Assembly: GCA_964016885.1 (NCBI GenBank)
Contig: OZ024743.1
Span: 361,336,001-361,400,000 of the forward strand
Source: Eledone cirrhosa
Taxonomy: Eukaryota
DNA length: 64,000 bases
Direction of reading: 5' to 3'
The notes under the pieces: model-generated
Seen by the model: the letters and a program-made list of their open reading frames with translations, nothing else
Database searches by the model: none
What the model was told of the DNA's origin: nothing
In this document: one piece after another, positions 52,101 through 64,000 of the stretch
Numbering within the stretch: the stretch's first letter is position 1
Layout: every line of letters starts with the position of its first letter
Made by a program: the position numbers and the translations under genes

Positions 52101-54883
52101 TCCTATTCAATCATTGATATTTTCTTATTATCAGCCCTTTTCAACTTTATCAATGCCTGGTATATCCCGTTTTTAACAGTTGTACTTCCCAAGAACTCTC
52201 TACACTCATATTCCAAATGTAGTTTCAAACATTTCTATAATATTCAAAATTAAGAATACTTCATGAGTTTAAATTTATTCGTTCTACCATGTCTTCACTT
52301 CCTTCACCCACCACCAAACAACATTTAGTCAAGTATCGCCGCATAAGTCTAATAATATCCGAGTAGAAAATTAAACATTTACCAACATTTCCAAAACCGA
52401 TTATTGGAAATTAAATATGTTTATACGCGGCTTATGTCTACGAAGATTGTGTGTAGGTAGCATTTCTTAGAAAAACACAGGGAAATGATCTTTGCTTTAG
52501 CACAAACTTCAAAATTGCTGTTGCCTGACATTACTATCTAAATAGTTTAGGATATCTCTAAATTCAATATTTGCAACATTCTCAAAATCAATATATACTG
52601 GAATATTGTACTGACAAACATAGATTTTGCATGTATGTTTCCATTGATGGCAACGTGCAATAAACCCGCCTACCATTCATACACAAGCTGTACACTTCTC
52701 TAGCAGGAATGAACATCGACTGGAAAAAAACTCGCATGACCACTGGACTACTATACTGCATCTCCATACCTGTGTATAAAAGTCAAAAGCTACTCTACAC
52801 TAAGCTATATGTGCAGGCACTGGTAGTCTTTTATCTGTGCACATTGGTGTGTACGTTTATGTGTGCGTCTGGCTATGTGTACGCGCTACATAACGAAATT
52901 ACAAGATAATTATTACGCATGTTTCCTTTGCAAATATCGTTTAAATCAAAACAGCTGTTAGCGCAATTGGATTGTTTTTCGGATGATATCTCATGGGTAC
53001 TGTACCTCCCAAATTTACTCCTGGATTACAGTATCCCAAAGCGTTATCGGTTGAGACCTGTTATTACCTAAAATATGTATGTTTCGCTTCGGTATCGACC
53101 TTTTTATTACTCCATCCTCTCACTGCAATATCGTTCTTTTTTCTTTTAAGTATTTCTTTTGACTTCGTTTTCCAAACAAGGATGTTATTAAATCACAGCA
53201 TAAAATATTAAATACTCTTCCAATTTAAATGATATATTTTATATAAATAAGTTCCAGAATGAATGCTAAATGTAACAAGAGAATACTATTTAGGTAGCAA
53301 ATAAAAGTACAGTTTAACGTCCTATATATCTCTAACTTTGCAAAAGATCGTTTGAATATCAAACGCAAACATTCTTGAAAACAGAAATATTGAATCATAT
53401 AAAATGTGAATAATTCTGTGACCCGTTAAAACTTAAGTTGAAATCAAAATAGATCTTAGTGTGATTGTCGAAGCTGTGTTTCATATATTGCCGTTAGCTT
53501 TGCCTGGGAGGCACTTTTACAGAGAAAGTAAAAGACGTTGAAATTAAATTAATTTATATCTGTTTACATGCATAAAAGTAAATTAAATTTAACTTACTAA
53601 GCGTGGTATTGTGATTTCTGAAATTAACTAAATTAGATATGTTATATAATCCAGATTTCTACAATTTATGATGAGCAAATCAAAAAGGTGTTACTAGCTA
53701 GTTAGTGTTTAACTTGATTATTATTATTATTTTCTTTTTTTTTTTGTATATTTTCCTGTCACTTCAGGATGTTCTGCAGCATAATTAAGTAATTCAAATA
53801 ATCTTATAAACAATTTCCTAGATTCTTTTATTAGTAATGCGATTACGAGCCAGTCTTCACTGTGTGGAATATTATTGCTGAACAAAGAAAATGTCAGATA
53901 TTTCCCAGACAATACTAATACACTTCTGAAGCATCTTGCTAACCCGTTCGTTGAGTAAAGACACAATCCTGCCTATGAGTTTCAAATAATTCTGAAAATA
54001 ATCAAAAGTTTGAAGCAATTTAGTAATATATTTAATTTTCTTATTATACGCTTGTTGTTAACATAAATATTTTAAAATAAAATTATGATGGAAAAGGTTT
54101 TAGAAGAACTCTATAACAAAAATGTATATATATATATATATATATGTATATGAATCCCGGGTCCAATCGGGGATAAACACAGTAAGTAAGGTACTCAAAA
54201 CATTAGTAGAGTGTAAACATCATGTTTAATATAGAAGTGACTTGTATAGGACTAGAACTGTTTCATCCAAAAGAAATTATCAGGAAAGCCAAGTGTCCAT
54301 GTAAAAGAATTGTATTCAAATGCTTCCTGGTGGTTGGGGAAAGTGGTGATTTTGCGGGATGGGTAGTGATCATTGGCCAACGGATTTTAAAGGACAGGGA
54401 TTCTTTGAAAAATCCATTTTAGGAATATACACAATAATACAATGACAGATAAAAGACAAGGTTCACATTCACATTCAATATATATATATATATTTGTTTT
54501 GCGAGGTTGTTGATATGAAAGCGTGTGTCGAAACAGATATTCTTATACTTGGAGAGGGTCATATTGTTGTACTAATATTGCCAGAAATAATAACAGAACT
54601 CACTTACTGATTGGTTGGTTTTCGCTTCTGTATCTTTTATATCACCATAGTTACTACTTCCGGCAATAAATGTTTATCATTGATTGCCGGATCAATTAAC
54701 TATGGAGATATAAAAGATACAGAAGCGAAAACTAACCAAACAGTAAGAAGTGTGTTCTGTTATTATTTCTGACAATATTATTACAACAATATGAATGCGC
54801 AAGTATATTAATATATATATATATGTATATATATATATAATATATATATATATACATATATATATATGACCCTCCCAAAGTAT

Positions 54884-54949
<66 letters not shown>

Positions 54950-55097
54950 ATACTTTGGGAGGGTCATGTTGCCAATAGGAAACACACGCACCAGTCGTTT
55001 TCACTCTAATTTATTATGAATTAAATTTATAAATTTAAGAATTCATAAATTTCCGGTGGGTTGGTTGATTCCACAACCGGACGGTTGTATATATATC

Positions 55098-55140
55098 GTC
55101 AAAGTTCTTTCGTCACACATTCTGTGACCTCTTCAGTGAC
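55098..55140 (-). ncRNA. Minimal type-I hammerhead, intact core
   Basis: Reverse complement: GTCA-CTGAAGA-g-GTCACA gaatg TGTGAC-GAAA-gaa-CTT-TGAC. Confidence 0.8.
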
Positions 55141-55808
55141 TGGTGATTCTTCTCTTTGTTTTGTGCCTCTCCAACGCCATCTTGTCTTGTGTGTGTTGTG
55201 TGCTTACTTTGCGCATGTGTTACATCCGGGTGTCTGTGTGTGTTTTTATTTATTTATTTATTTGTTTATTTACATGTTACTGGTTGGTTGTATGTTCTAT
55301 GTGTGTGTTTTCATTTTGTCCTTAATTGTAAGTTGTGATGTTGCTATTCCATTCATGTTTTCTATTTAATTTTGGGTGGAGTTGATTTATGTTCATTGCC
55401 TCTGTGATTTGTCTAAACATTGCGTCTTTTCTGTGTGTAGATTTTATGTTTATTTCTATGTTCTCTAATTTGGCCTTATGTTCTATTTTAGCATGTTGGT
55501 GGAGTACTGATGAATATTTTCTATCTTGAAGCTCTCGCCAGTCTTCATTTAATCGTTCTCCTATACTACGAGCTGTCTCACCTATGTACACTATATTCTT
55601 ATCTTTACATTGTCCTTCAGTACATCTTATGCTATATACTATGTTTCTAGTTTTACAGTTAATATGAGGGCTTAGTTTACAGATTATACATTTCTTATCT
55701 AGACAGGGAGGTCTTTGAAAAGGTAATACATACCATTTTCAGAGAGCTCCAACAAGATGGTGTAGGACAGAACAAAGGAGAGGCACAAAACAAAGAGAAG
55801 AATCCCCA

Positions 55809-55851
55809 GTCACTGAAGAGGTCACAGAATGTGTGACGAAAGAACTTTGAC
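55809..55851 (+). ncRNA. Minimal type-I hammerhead, intact core
   Basis: GTCA-CTGAAGA-g-GTCACA gaatg TGTGAC-GAAA-gaa-CTT-TGAC. Confidence 0.8.
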
Positions 55852-56349
55852 AATATATGAACAACCGTCCGGTTGTGGAACCAGTTAACCAACCGGAAAT
55901 TTTCAAATTCTTAAATTTATAAATTTAATTTATAATAAATTGGAGTGAAAGCAACTGGCGCGTGTGTTTCTTATTGGCAACATAACCCTCCCAAATTATA
56001 ACAATATCGGTTTCAACACACGTTTTCAGATAAAGAATCTTGCTAAACAAATTTAGAAACGATATATATATATATACAATATTGAATAATGAAATGTATG
56101 AAAATAAAAAGAGATAGTAATTATTCTATACTATTATAATTAATTAAGAGAGGAGAAATGTCAACATGCTGGCTAATTGATGGTAGCTATGTTATATCAC
56201 AATATCAGCCTCAAAAATGAATATCTCAGAAAGAATGAATTTGTAAATTATTAATCAGGTGAGAAACCAGACAACAAATAAGGAAGATAGCACAGAAGAA
56301 TTTAACTCAGATAAAAGAATACACACACTCATAATATATATATATATAT

Positions 56350-57037
56350 AAACGGAAAAAATGATAGAAATTTCATTTCCCACTCCTAGTACCGCTGTTA
56401 CTTAAATATAAGTATGTATACGTACATACATATATGTATACAGACCTACAGTAGTATGTATATATATATACATACATGCACACATATATATATATGTACG
56501 TATGGATTCACCGAACATTTATTATAATGCTCGGTGTGTTTGTAAACAAACATCCCGTATTAAGCCGTAGTGTCTAGCAACCATCGTTGCTCGTTTGTTC
56601 AACACTGACAAAGGAACGCTGTACTAGTTTCAAGCTTATTAGCTATCGTCAGCAACGTATACCTTCTAGCCAGATTGTTGAACGTATATACTTAACTTAT
56701 GCATATTAATGGATGAGTAGCCTAATTTGCATATCGAGTGGGTTAATCGGCCGGGTGTACCGAAAACGATAAACGGAAAAAATGAAAGAAATTTCATTTC
56801 CCACTCTTAGTACGGCTGTTACTTAAATATAAGTATGTACACGTACATACATACATGTATACATACGTACAGTAGTATGTATATATATATATACATACAT
56901 GCACACTTATATATATGTACGTATGGATTCACCGAACATTTATTATAATGCTCGGTGTGTTTGTAAACAAACATCCCGTATTAAGCCGTAGTGTCTAGCA
57001 ACCATCGTTGCTCGTTTGTTCAACACTGACAAAGGAA
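56350..57037 (-). repeat. Second array of the hammerhead tandem repeat (421-bp unit, ~1.6 copies)
   Basis: AAACGG unit starts at 56350 and 56771. Confidence 0.88.
56616..56658 (-). ncRNA. Type-I hammerhead, intact (retrozyme family)
   Basis: Reverse complement: ACGTTG-CTGACGA-tAGC taataa GCTt-GAAA-ctag-TA-CAGCGT. Confidence 0.88.
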
Positions 57038-57039
57038 TA

Positions 57040-57414
<375 letters not shown>

Positions 57415-57467
57415 AATATATTAATATATATATATATAAATATATAAATGTATATATATATATATAT

Positions 57468-57967
57468 ATATGGAGAAGAAGTTTATGAAACGGAAATGCG
57501 GGTATAAAGAATTTATTAGGTAACAATTGTTTCTATAGTGTATGGGGTACCTATACCTCGCTATTTGAATAATATAAAAGTATTATCATAAACCGAAGGT
57601 ACACTGCACGCTAACACACCATGTCGTCAGACCTTTGTATTGGAATGATATGAAAATATTTTATACACTAGATAAAAGAGAAAGAAGGAGGTAGGAAGAG
57701 AAGATGGTGTGTTTGCTTGCAGTGTACCTTCGGTTTATGATAATATTTTTATATTATTCAAATAGCGAGGTATAGGTAACCCATACACTATAGAAACAAT
57801 TGTTACCTAATAAATTCTTTATACCCGCATTTCCGTTTCATAAACTTCGTCTCCATATTTTCTCCGGATTTTAAAACACACTTTATCATACGTTGAGCAA
57901 TCTCCGACGTCGGTTGACTCCATCCAATGCAACTACTTAGTAACATTGGAATACAAATCTACTAATT

Positions 57968-57970
<3 letters not shown>
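57468..57970 (+). mobile_element. Fold-back pseudo-LTR element with ~150-bp inverted arms (57468-57622 / 57703-57858)
   Basis: TGGAGAAGAAGTTTATGAAACGG...AACACACCAT vs ATGGTGTGTT...CCGTTTCATAAACTTCGTCTCCA; flanked by (TA)n. Confidence 0.8.
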
Positions 57971-58023
<53 letters not shown>

Positions 58024-58197
58024 CATATATGATATGCACATATAGAGAGAACTATACGCCCATTTCTAAAATTGCACTCGTACATATTACATAACATCGC
58101 CTATAATTCGATACAATGTTTCGTTAACGCCAGATGAATTTTATCATTTTTCTCCCCAAAAAGACAGACATACAGGTAAATTGTATACACGTGTTAA

Positions 58198-58405
58198 CCC
58201 TTTAGCATATACATTACTCTATATTTAACATTGTATCTTCATGGTAAAGGCTTTACCTCATATAATATCGAATCTATGAGATTTTGATATTATTTACTTT
58301 AAGAACAATAGCTTAACATCAGTATGAGGGGCTGGTTACCGCGAGTTTGAACTGAAAGAGGTGAGAGAATTATTGCCTGATACAACCGGTTTAAATGCTA
58401 ATGGG
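58198..58405. mobile_element. piggyBac-type MITE
   Basis: TTAA-CCCTTTAGCAT...ATGCTAATGGG-TTAA (TIR 10/11, TTAA TSD). Confidence 0.8.
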
Positions 58406-58977
58406 TTAATTCCTGCAAAATAAATGGGCTCACGTCTTCCAACATGGTGCGAGCCAGTCAATGGACATGCCGCTATATGTTAGCTTTTAGCTGGTTAGTT
58501 TACTCTTTTTTTTAAAGGTATCCTGCACGCGATTCGAACCGCAGAATGATATAATTTCTATTGGTATATGATATATTGTTAATATGCAGTTGGATCGTAA
58601 AATGAAAGACGTTATTTGCCCTTGTCGTTACAACATATTAATAATTCATGATTTATATTCAATACAGAAACTATTCGCATCATAATTTGGAAAATGTCAT
58701 GGAAGCATAACGGACATTCCCTGCACTCTACTGCATAGATTGTGGCAGATTCACGATATACATTGCTACTATATTAGATGGTTTATATTTACATAGGTTT
58801 TCTGCTTCAGGTAACAATGTTGTATATTTAAATTTATTATTTCAAAAAGGAGAGTGTGAGTAAAATATGTTTTAATGAATTAGTTGTAGTGACAACGCAT
58901 GCCAAAGATTTAATATTTAGTAATTAGTTTACACGTGTATATATTAAAAAGGATAATGATAATAAAATAATATTAAT

Positions 58978-61900
58978 GATAATTTCTTTCTTCCCCACAA
59001 GGGCCAACATATTGGGGACAATACGGAGACAGGGACAGTAGAGTTTTACACAGAAAAACGTATAAACAATATAAATAACCATAACAAAATAGCAATAGAA
59101 TTTTAACAATTACATTCCCCAATAGCGGATAACCACACAGGGGCGACTCAGGTACCCTACAATATTGAACTACCCGAGGCTCGAGGACTCCCGGGAAGGA
59201 CACCCTTCTCCTCAAATTAGTCAGCCTACAGACACATGCTCAGAGTAGGCCCAGTCGCACGAGCTATTCTCGCCACATTCACCCACCATTTAACAAATGT
59301 TCTGCGGGAAGCACTTCTCCAATCACCCTCACCTTCTTTTCCAAGTGAAACCTGAAAACGTTGATGAGGGATTGTTCGAGAAAAAAGGGTCTCTCTTCAG
59401 TATTTTCAACCTGGTCCATCACATAACGCTTTCGCTACCGCCATCAGACAGGAATATTCCCTTTCCTTCCCTGTGAAAAGAAGATGGCGGGTCGATCTTC
59501 ACTATGGACTCGGCCTATGGCCGGATCCATTCTACACGCGACAACAGCTGTTCTATATAACTCCACAGGTCAGCAATGAACGTTCACCGGACGAGTGCGT
59601 GCAGAACGGTTTCGTCGTTTTGCGTGCATCTCGGGCAGGTCAGTCTGAGAGCACTTCCGAGCCTGTATAGTTTATCTCGAACCGATAGTGCCTCCTGGTA
59701 GCACTGTCAAGCGAGGGATTTCTGGAAGTTATCCATCTTCCCTGGCTCGAAAGTTCTCCGGAACAGACTGGTCAGTTCCACTTGGTCGACGCTCAGCCTC
59801 TCCGATTGCATTGTCGCTCCTCCGAACCACTAATTGTCTATAGAATTTGAGAGTGAAAGTTCCCTGACAGCATTTCCCATCTGATAGTGTCAGTAACAGC
59901 CTGGCAACATTCCGGACGCTAGGCACCCAGTCTTAGTCCCTTCTTGACCCAGGACTGCAGCACAGTCAAAGTGATGAGCTGCGGAATGGCTCGTCTGACA
60001 AACGATGACCACACCTATTCACCTATTCATCTGAATATCTGGAGATGCCGCAGCCTCAGTGCATGTTTGCGCATCATCAGCCATGGCATGTCTAGCCCTC
60101 CACATAGAGGGTGCTAGTAGCAGATGGGCCTCGTCACCAACGGAACCTGTCCCCTCCACAAAAGTTGAAGAGGAACAATTCCAGTATGGTGAAGTGCTAA
60201 CAGAGGCAAGGCACCACGGTCAGGCGGAGCAGATGTCGAACGCGATGTACGCGTTCGCCACCTCCACCCGACCTTTCAGAGACAGTTTCCTGGCAGCCCA
60301 TTTCTGGCTGAGAGTGGCTACCATTATCGTGACCTAGTTTCAAATCTTATCCACCTGGTGGTGTGGTCCGAACCAAACCTCGAGCAACTTTATGGTCCGT
60401 CCGTCTGGCACCCAACGATACAGTTGGATTTAATGGACTTGCTTCTCCAGGTGCCGTGCTGCAAGCCGTCAGCCTTTCATATTCCAACATAATCAACATG
60501 ATGTTTTCCGTATGAGCCGACACAGCATTTCCCCGTCCTAGTTCGAGACGGATGCCCTGCAACAGTTCCACCTTCTGCAGTAGAGGCTTGAGAGTCAATA
60601 CGTAGAGAGGGAGGAGAATGGTCACCTTGACGGACCGATCAGGACATCTGAAATGGTTCCGAATCTTGCCCAATAATTTGACCACCCAGCAGATGCCGCT
60701 GTGCATTGCAGCGATCCAGCTTCTGAAGATGGGACCGAAGCCAGCTGCCTTGAGAACAGCTTCCAGGTATCGATGAGCGACTTATCAAAAGCTTTCGATT
60801 AATCTAAATTGATCAGAGCCCCACCAAAGCCAGGTTTACACCCACCCTCTCTATGATGTATTGCATGAGGTGGAGGTTGTTGTGTATGAACCTGGTTGGG
60901 ATTTCCCATGTTTGCGCCTCCCTTACCTATTCCTCGACTACAAGCGCCAACTTCTTCTCTGACACCCAGACCAAAATCTTAAAATCTGTGTTGAGGAAAA
61001 TTATTGACCAGAAGTTGTATAACGTATCCATCATCTTGTTCTCGTTTTTCCTTCTGAAGTCACAGCAGTGGAATATTCACGTTCTACTGCCAGTTGAAGT
61101 AGAGCGCTTCGAGGAGATCGAGAGGTCTGGCATATCTAGGTAAAGCTCGTAGGACAGACCATCCAAACCAGAAGACTTGCGCCTGGTGCAACCGACCTTG
61201 GCATCACGAATTTCGACTGAAGTTATCGGCTTTTCGTGACACTCCGCATCGTCTGTCGAGAGATGCGACAGACCGTTGAGGTAGTGACTGAAATCCGCCA
61301 CCGTGTCCCACCAATCACTCACCCTGAGCAAAAGCCTTACACATAAGTCTGGAATCGTTCAGCTCATCTCTGTCTCGGTCCGTCAAAGACCGAATTGTGG
61401 ATTGTTACCACGCTGCGTCTCTGCCACATGGGCCCATCGAACAGCTTTGGTTCCCTCGTTTCTCAGAGCACGTGCCTTAGCTAGCTCTGACAATCTAGCC
61501 TCCGTATTCCACATTAAAGAAATGTATAATACCATTCTCGCCGTTAGCACAACAGTTGCAATGCCACCACAAATTCTCTCGTCTAATTTAGCAACCAGCT
61601 CCCCCTCCTTTCTATTTTCTCTAACGTAACTTCTTTGCTAAACCTTATCGACATTTCTCTAATCTCTCTTTTGAGATCCCCCCCCCCCCACCACCACCAC
61701 CACCACCATATGCTGTTGACTACTCCCGCCGTCAACTTTTGATTAACTAAATTTTTGTTCCCGTTCCTGTAAGTCCTACGTGCTGAAAACGACATTTTCA
61801 GCTTCAGTAACCGGTCCAAAGCTACGCGTCTTATCTAGGTCGACCATACAGCTCACAGACATCTGATCAGAAGAGGCGACGGTTTTAATGGTGGACAGCC

Positions 61901-63175
61901 TTCACTATTCTTATCTAATGTTCTAATGTTCTAATGAGATTCCTATCTATATACGATCAAGATGACCCTGTGTGGTTGGTCCACGTCCACACTGTGCATT
62001 AGGGAAATCAAGTCGGTTCCTGTCAGTCAGTTGGAACTGGTTGATCAGGTACTCGAGGCTTTGCACACCCACCTCCCATTCGTGACCGACTAAAAGATTC
62101 AATGATCTGAGAGTCATCAAAACGTCCATACTTAGAGATCTGAGGTAGTTGAGCAGGCGACCCTGCTTCCAGGAGGACCCCAGGCCACGCACGTTTACAC
62201 ATCCTACTCTTAGGATTCTCCCGTTGGCAGGCTGAAAGAAAGAGAGAGAGAGGGGGGAAATGTACTTACTTCTCTGGGTTTTGCCGAGGTCGGGTGGTAC
62301 AACCTCTATGGTTGGTTGTGTTTCCTTGGGGAACACCATTAAAAGTCTAGATGTGGGTTTCACGTTCGTGGTTCACACGTCTCGAGGAGAGCTCTTTCTT
62401 ATTTCTTTGTAGGCACCGACCGACATGCGTATCGAAAGATCGTCCTGTAGGCGAAATGTGCTGGTGCCGAATATATCCCCCTCCATTTTTATATCTTTCC
62501 TTCGTGCTATCAGCAGCATCAATTCCTCGTTGGCCCTTCTTAATAACACGAAGTTGTGTGTTTGTGTATTTTGTTATGTTCTTGGTATGGTTGATTGCGT
62601 TCGTGGGATTTGGGTGGTGATGGTTTTGTTTGTGTTGTTTTGGGTGTGTCTGTGTTTGTTGTGGGTGCGTTGTCTTCGATTTCAGTTGTCTGTGTGTTTT
62701 TTTCCTTGTGTCTGCTTTAGTTGTTTGCGTTTGGGGGATTATGGTGATGGTGGTGTTGGTGTTGATGGGGAAGTGTTTTAGTGGGCGTTGTTTGCATTTT
62801 CTGTTGTGCTTTTTTTCTTTGTGCATCTTCTTTTTGTTTTTTGGCTGGGTTTGGTATTCCCTTGTCTTCACTAGTGGAAGACGAGGGGTCTGTGGCTGTA
62901 AGTGTGTTTGTGTCTCTGTGTGGGTTTGTGTTTTTGTCCATGTGTATATTTTTGGTAGGAGGGTAAATGGGAGAGCCTTCTTCGTTTCCACCCCTGGGTG
63001 GGCGAATTTGGTGGTGACGTTTCCGCTGTTGCTGCTGTTATTGCCCGTGCTGGTTCTAGTGTTGGTGGTGGTTCTCGCCCCAGCGTCGGCAGCAGTGACG
63101 ACCTCTGTCCCTTTGCATTTTTCAATAGTTGAGGGCACAGGAATGGAATTTGGCATACAAATGTGAGGTTCCACT
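58978..63175 (-). mobile_element. Degenerate Tx1/L1 LINE, 5'-truncated within ORF1
   Basis: ILRVGCVNVRGLGSSWKQGRLLN (APE start), KSSGLDGLSYELY, RT pieces; low-complexity ORF1 remnant 62347-63174; 3' end GGCCCTTGTGGGGAAGAAAGAAATTAT. Confidence 0.85.
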
Positions 63176-63254
63176 ACTAAAGTGTGGTAGGATTAATACG
63201 ATGGAAGAAATTCGATTACCACATGGACAAGTTATGAAGGAAATTGATAAAAAC

Positions 63255-63960
63255 GGCATTCTGGAAAAAAAAAACAAATTAAAGAGAAGTAAATGAAAGA
63301 TCGATATCTATTATCAAAGGAATATATACGAAGACTGAATTTGGTGTTAAAGACAAAGTTATGTGGTAGGAATATGATTCTGGCTATCAACACATGGGTT
63401 GTTGCAGTGCTAAGGTATATTGCTGGTGTGATAGTGTGGAGATATGCTGAACTTAAGGAGCTTGATAGAATAACCATGAAGATGATGACACTACAATGGG
63501 TTCTGTACCTGAAAAGAAGCGTAGGCAGATAGATATCTACCACGACAGAGAAGAGGGGGAGGTCTAATTAGCTGTGGAATATGTGTGAAGAAATTAATCT
63601 GGCATGGTATGTAAATAATTCAAAGAAGAGATTGATGACAGGAGTAAGAAAGATAAAGGTCCTAAATAGATATGAAGCAAAGGAAAAGGGAGAATCTAAA
63701 TCAGACAGACACAATGACACATTGAATTGATGGAATAAAGAATTATGTCTAGTCAATTCCTACGTGAAATGCCTTGGCAGTTGACAAAGATAGGAACTGA
63801 GAATGGACTAGGAAAATTGACTTAAAATTTGAAACTCATGCCCTTATTTTTGCAGCCCAGGAACAGGCACCGAGAACAAAGTATATCAAGTTCAATATTG
63901 AAAAGTCAGTGAGTCTCCCACTTTGTAGGCTGTGTGGTGAGGAAGGTGAGAAAACGTAAC
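63255..63960 (+). pseudogene. R4-clade LINE fragment (post-RT region to CCHC)
   Basis: KEYIRRLNLVLKTKL.GRN.ILAINTW..AVLRY.AG; AAQEQA.RTKY.K..I.K...SPLCRLCGE. Confidence 0.8.
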
Positions 63961-64000
63961 TTTGACCAATTTCTCTATTATAGTAAAATATTCATTAGCT

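Larger units (their letters stand above)
54944..56061 (-). mobile_element. PLE-1 sibling: 5'-truncated GIY-YIG + pseudo-LTR (minus, 54944-~55720) with an inverted pseudo-LTR (plus, ~55755-56061)
   Basis: ORF 55322-55591 YIGETARSIGERLNE..LNRKHEWNSNITTYN is nearly identical to the PLE-1 C-terminus; flanked by (TA)n. Confidence 0.93.

Noticed and set aside
53727-54000. Possible host exon (polypyrimidine-AG sites on both strands)
   Set aside because: Frames hit stops quickly, and there is no recognisable protein or convincing donor
57752-57812. Hammerhead in the 57468 fold-back element (GAAACAATTGTTA palindrome)
   Set aside because: No CTGANGA core (ATAGCGA instead); at best degenerate

Overview
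AT-rich animal genomic DNA, almost entirely transposable elements and microsatellites. The SINE and repeat content suggests an octopod cephalopod, which is an inference. No host gene exon could be supported. The window holds: (1) several Penelope-like elements (PLEs; RT + C-terminal GIY-YIG), one nearly complete at ~371-4842, many as pseudo-LTR fragments folded back into inverted repeats and nearly all embedded in (TA)n; (2) two near full-length R4/Dong-type RLE LINEs plus truncated copies, in (TAA)n; (3) a full-length Tx1/L1-clade LINE plus degenerate relatives; (4) RTE and CRE-like remnants, at least 8 tRNA/Nin-domain SINE copies and a piggyBac-type MITE. The most striking signal is about 17 type-I hammerhead ribozyme motifs (some degenerate) from about 8 unrelated families. 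One is a ~420-430 bp non-coding tandem unit whose insertion geometry fits reverse transcription of a self-cleaved or circular RNA (candidate non-LTR retrozyme) and which carries an octamer motif. All structures were read by eye; coordinates of degenerate elements are approximate.
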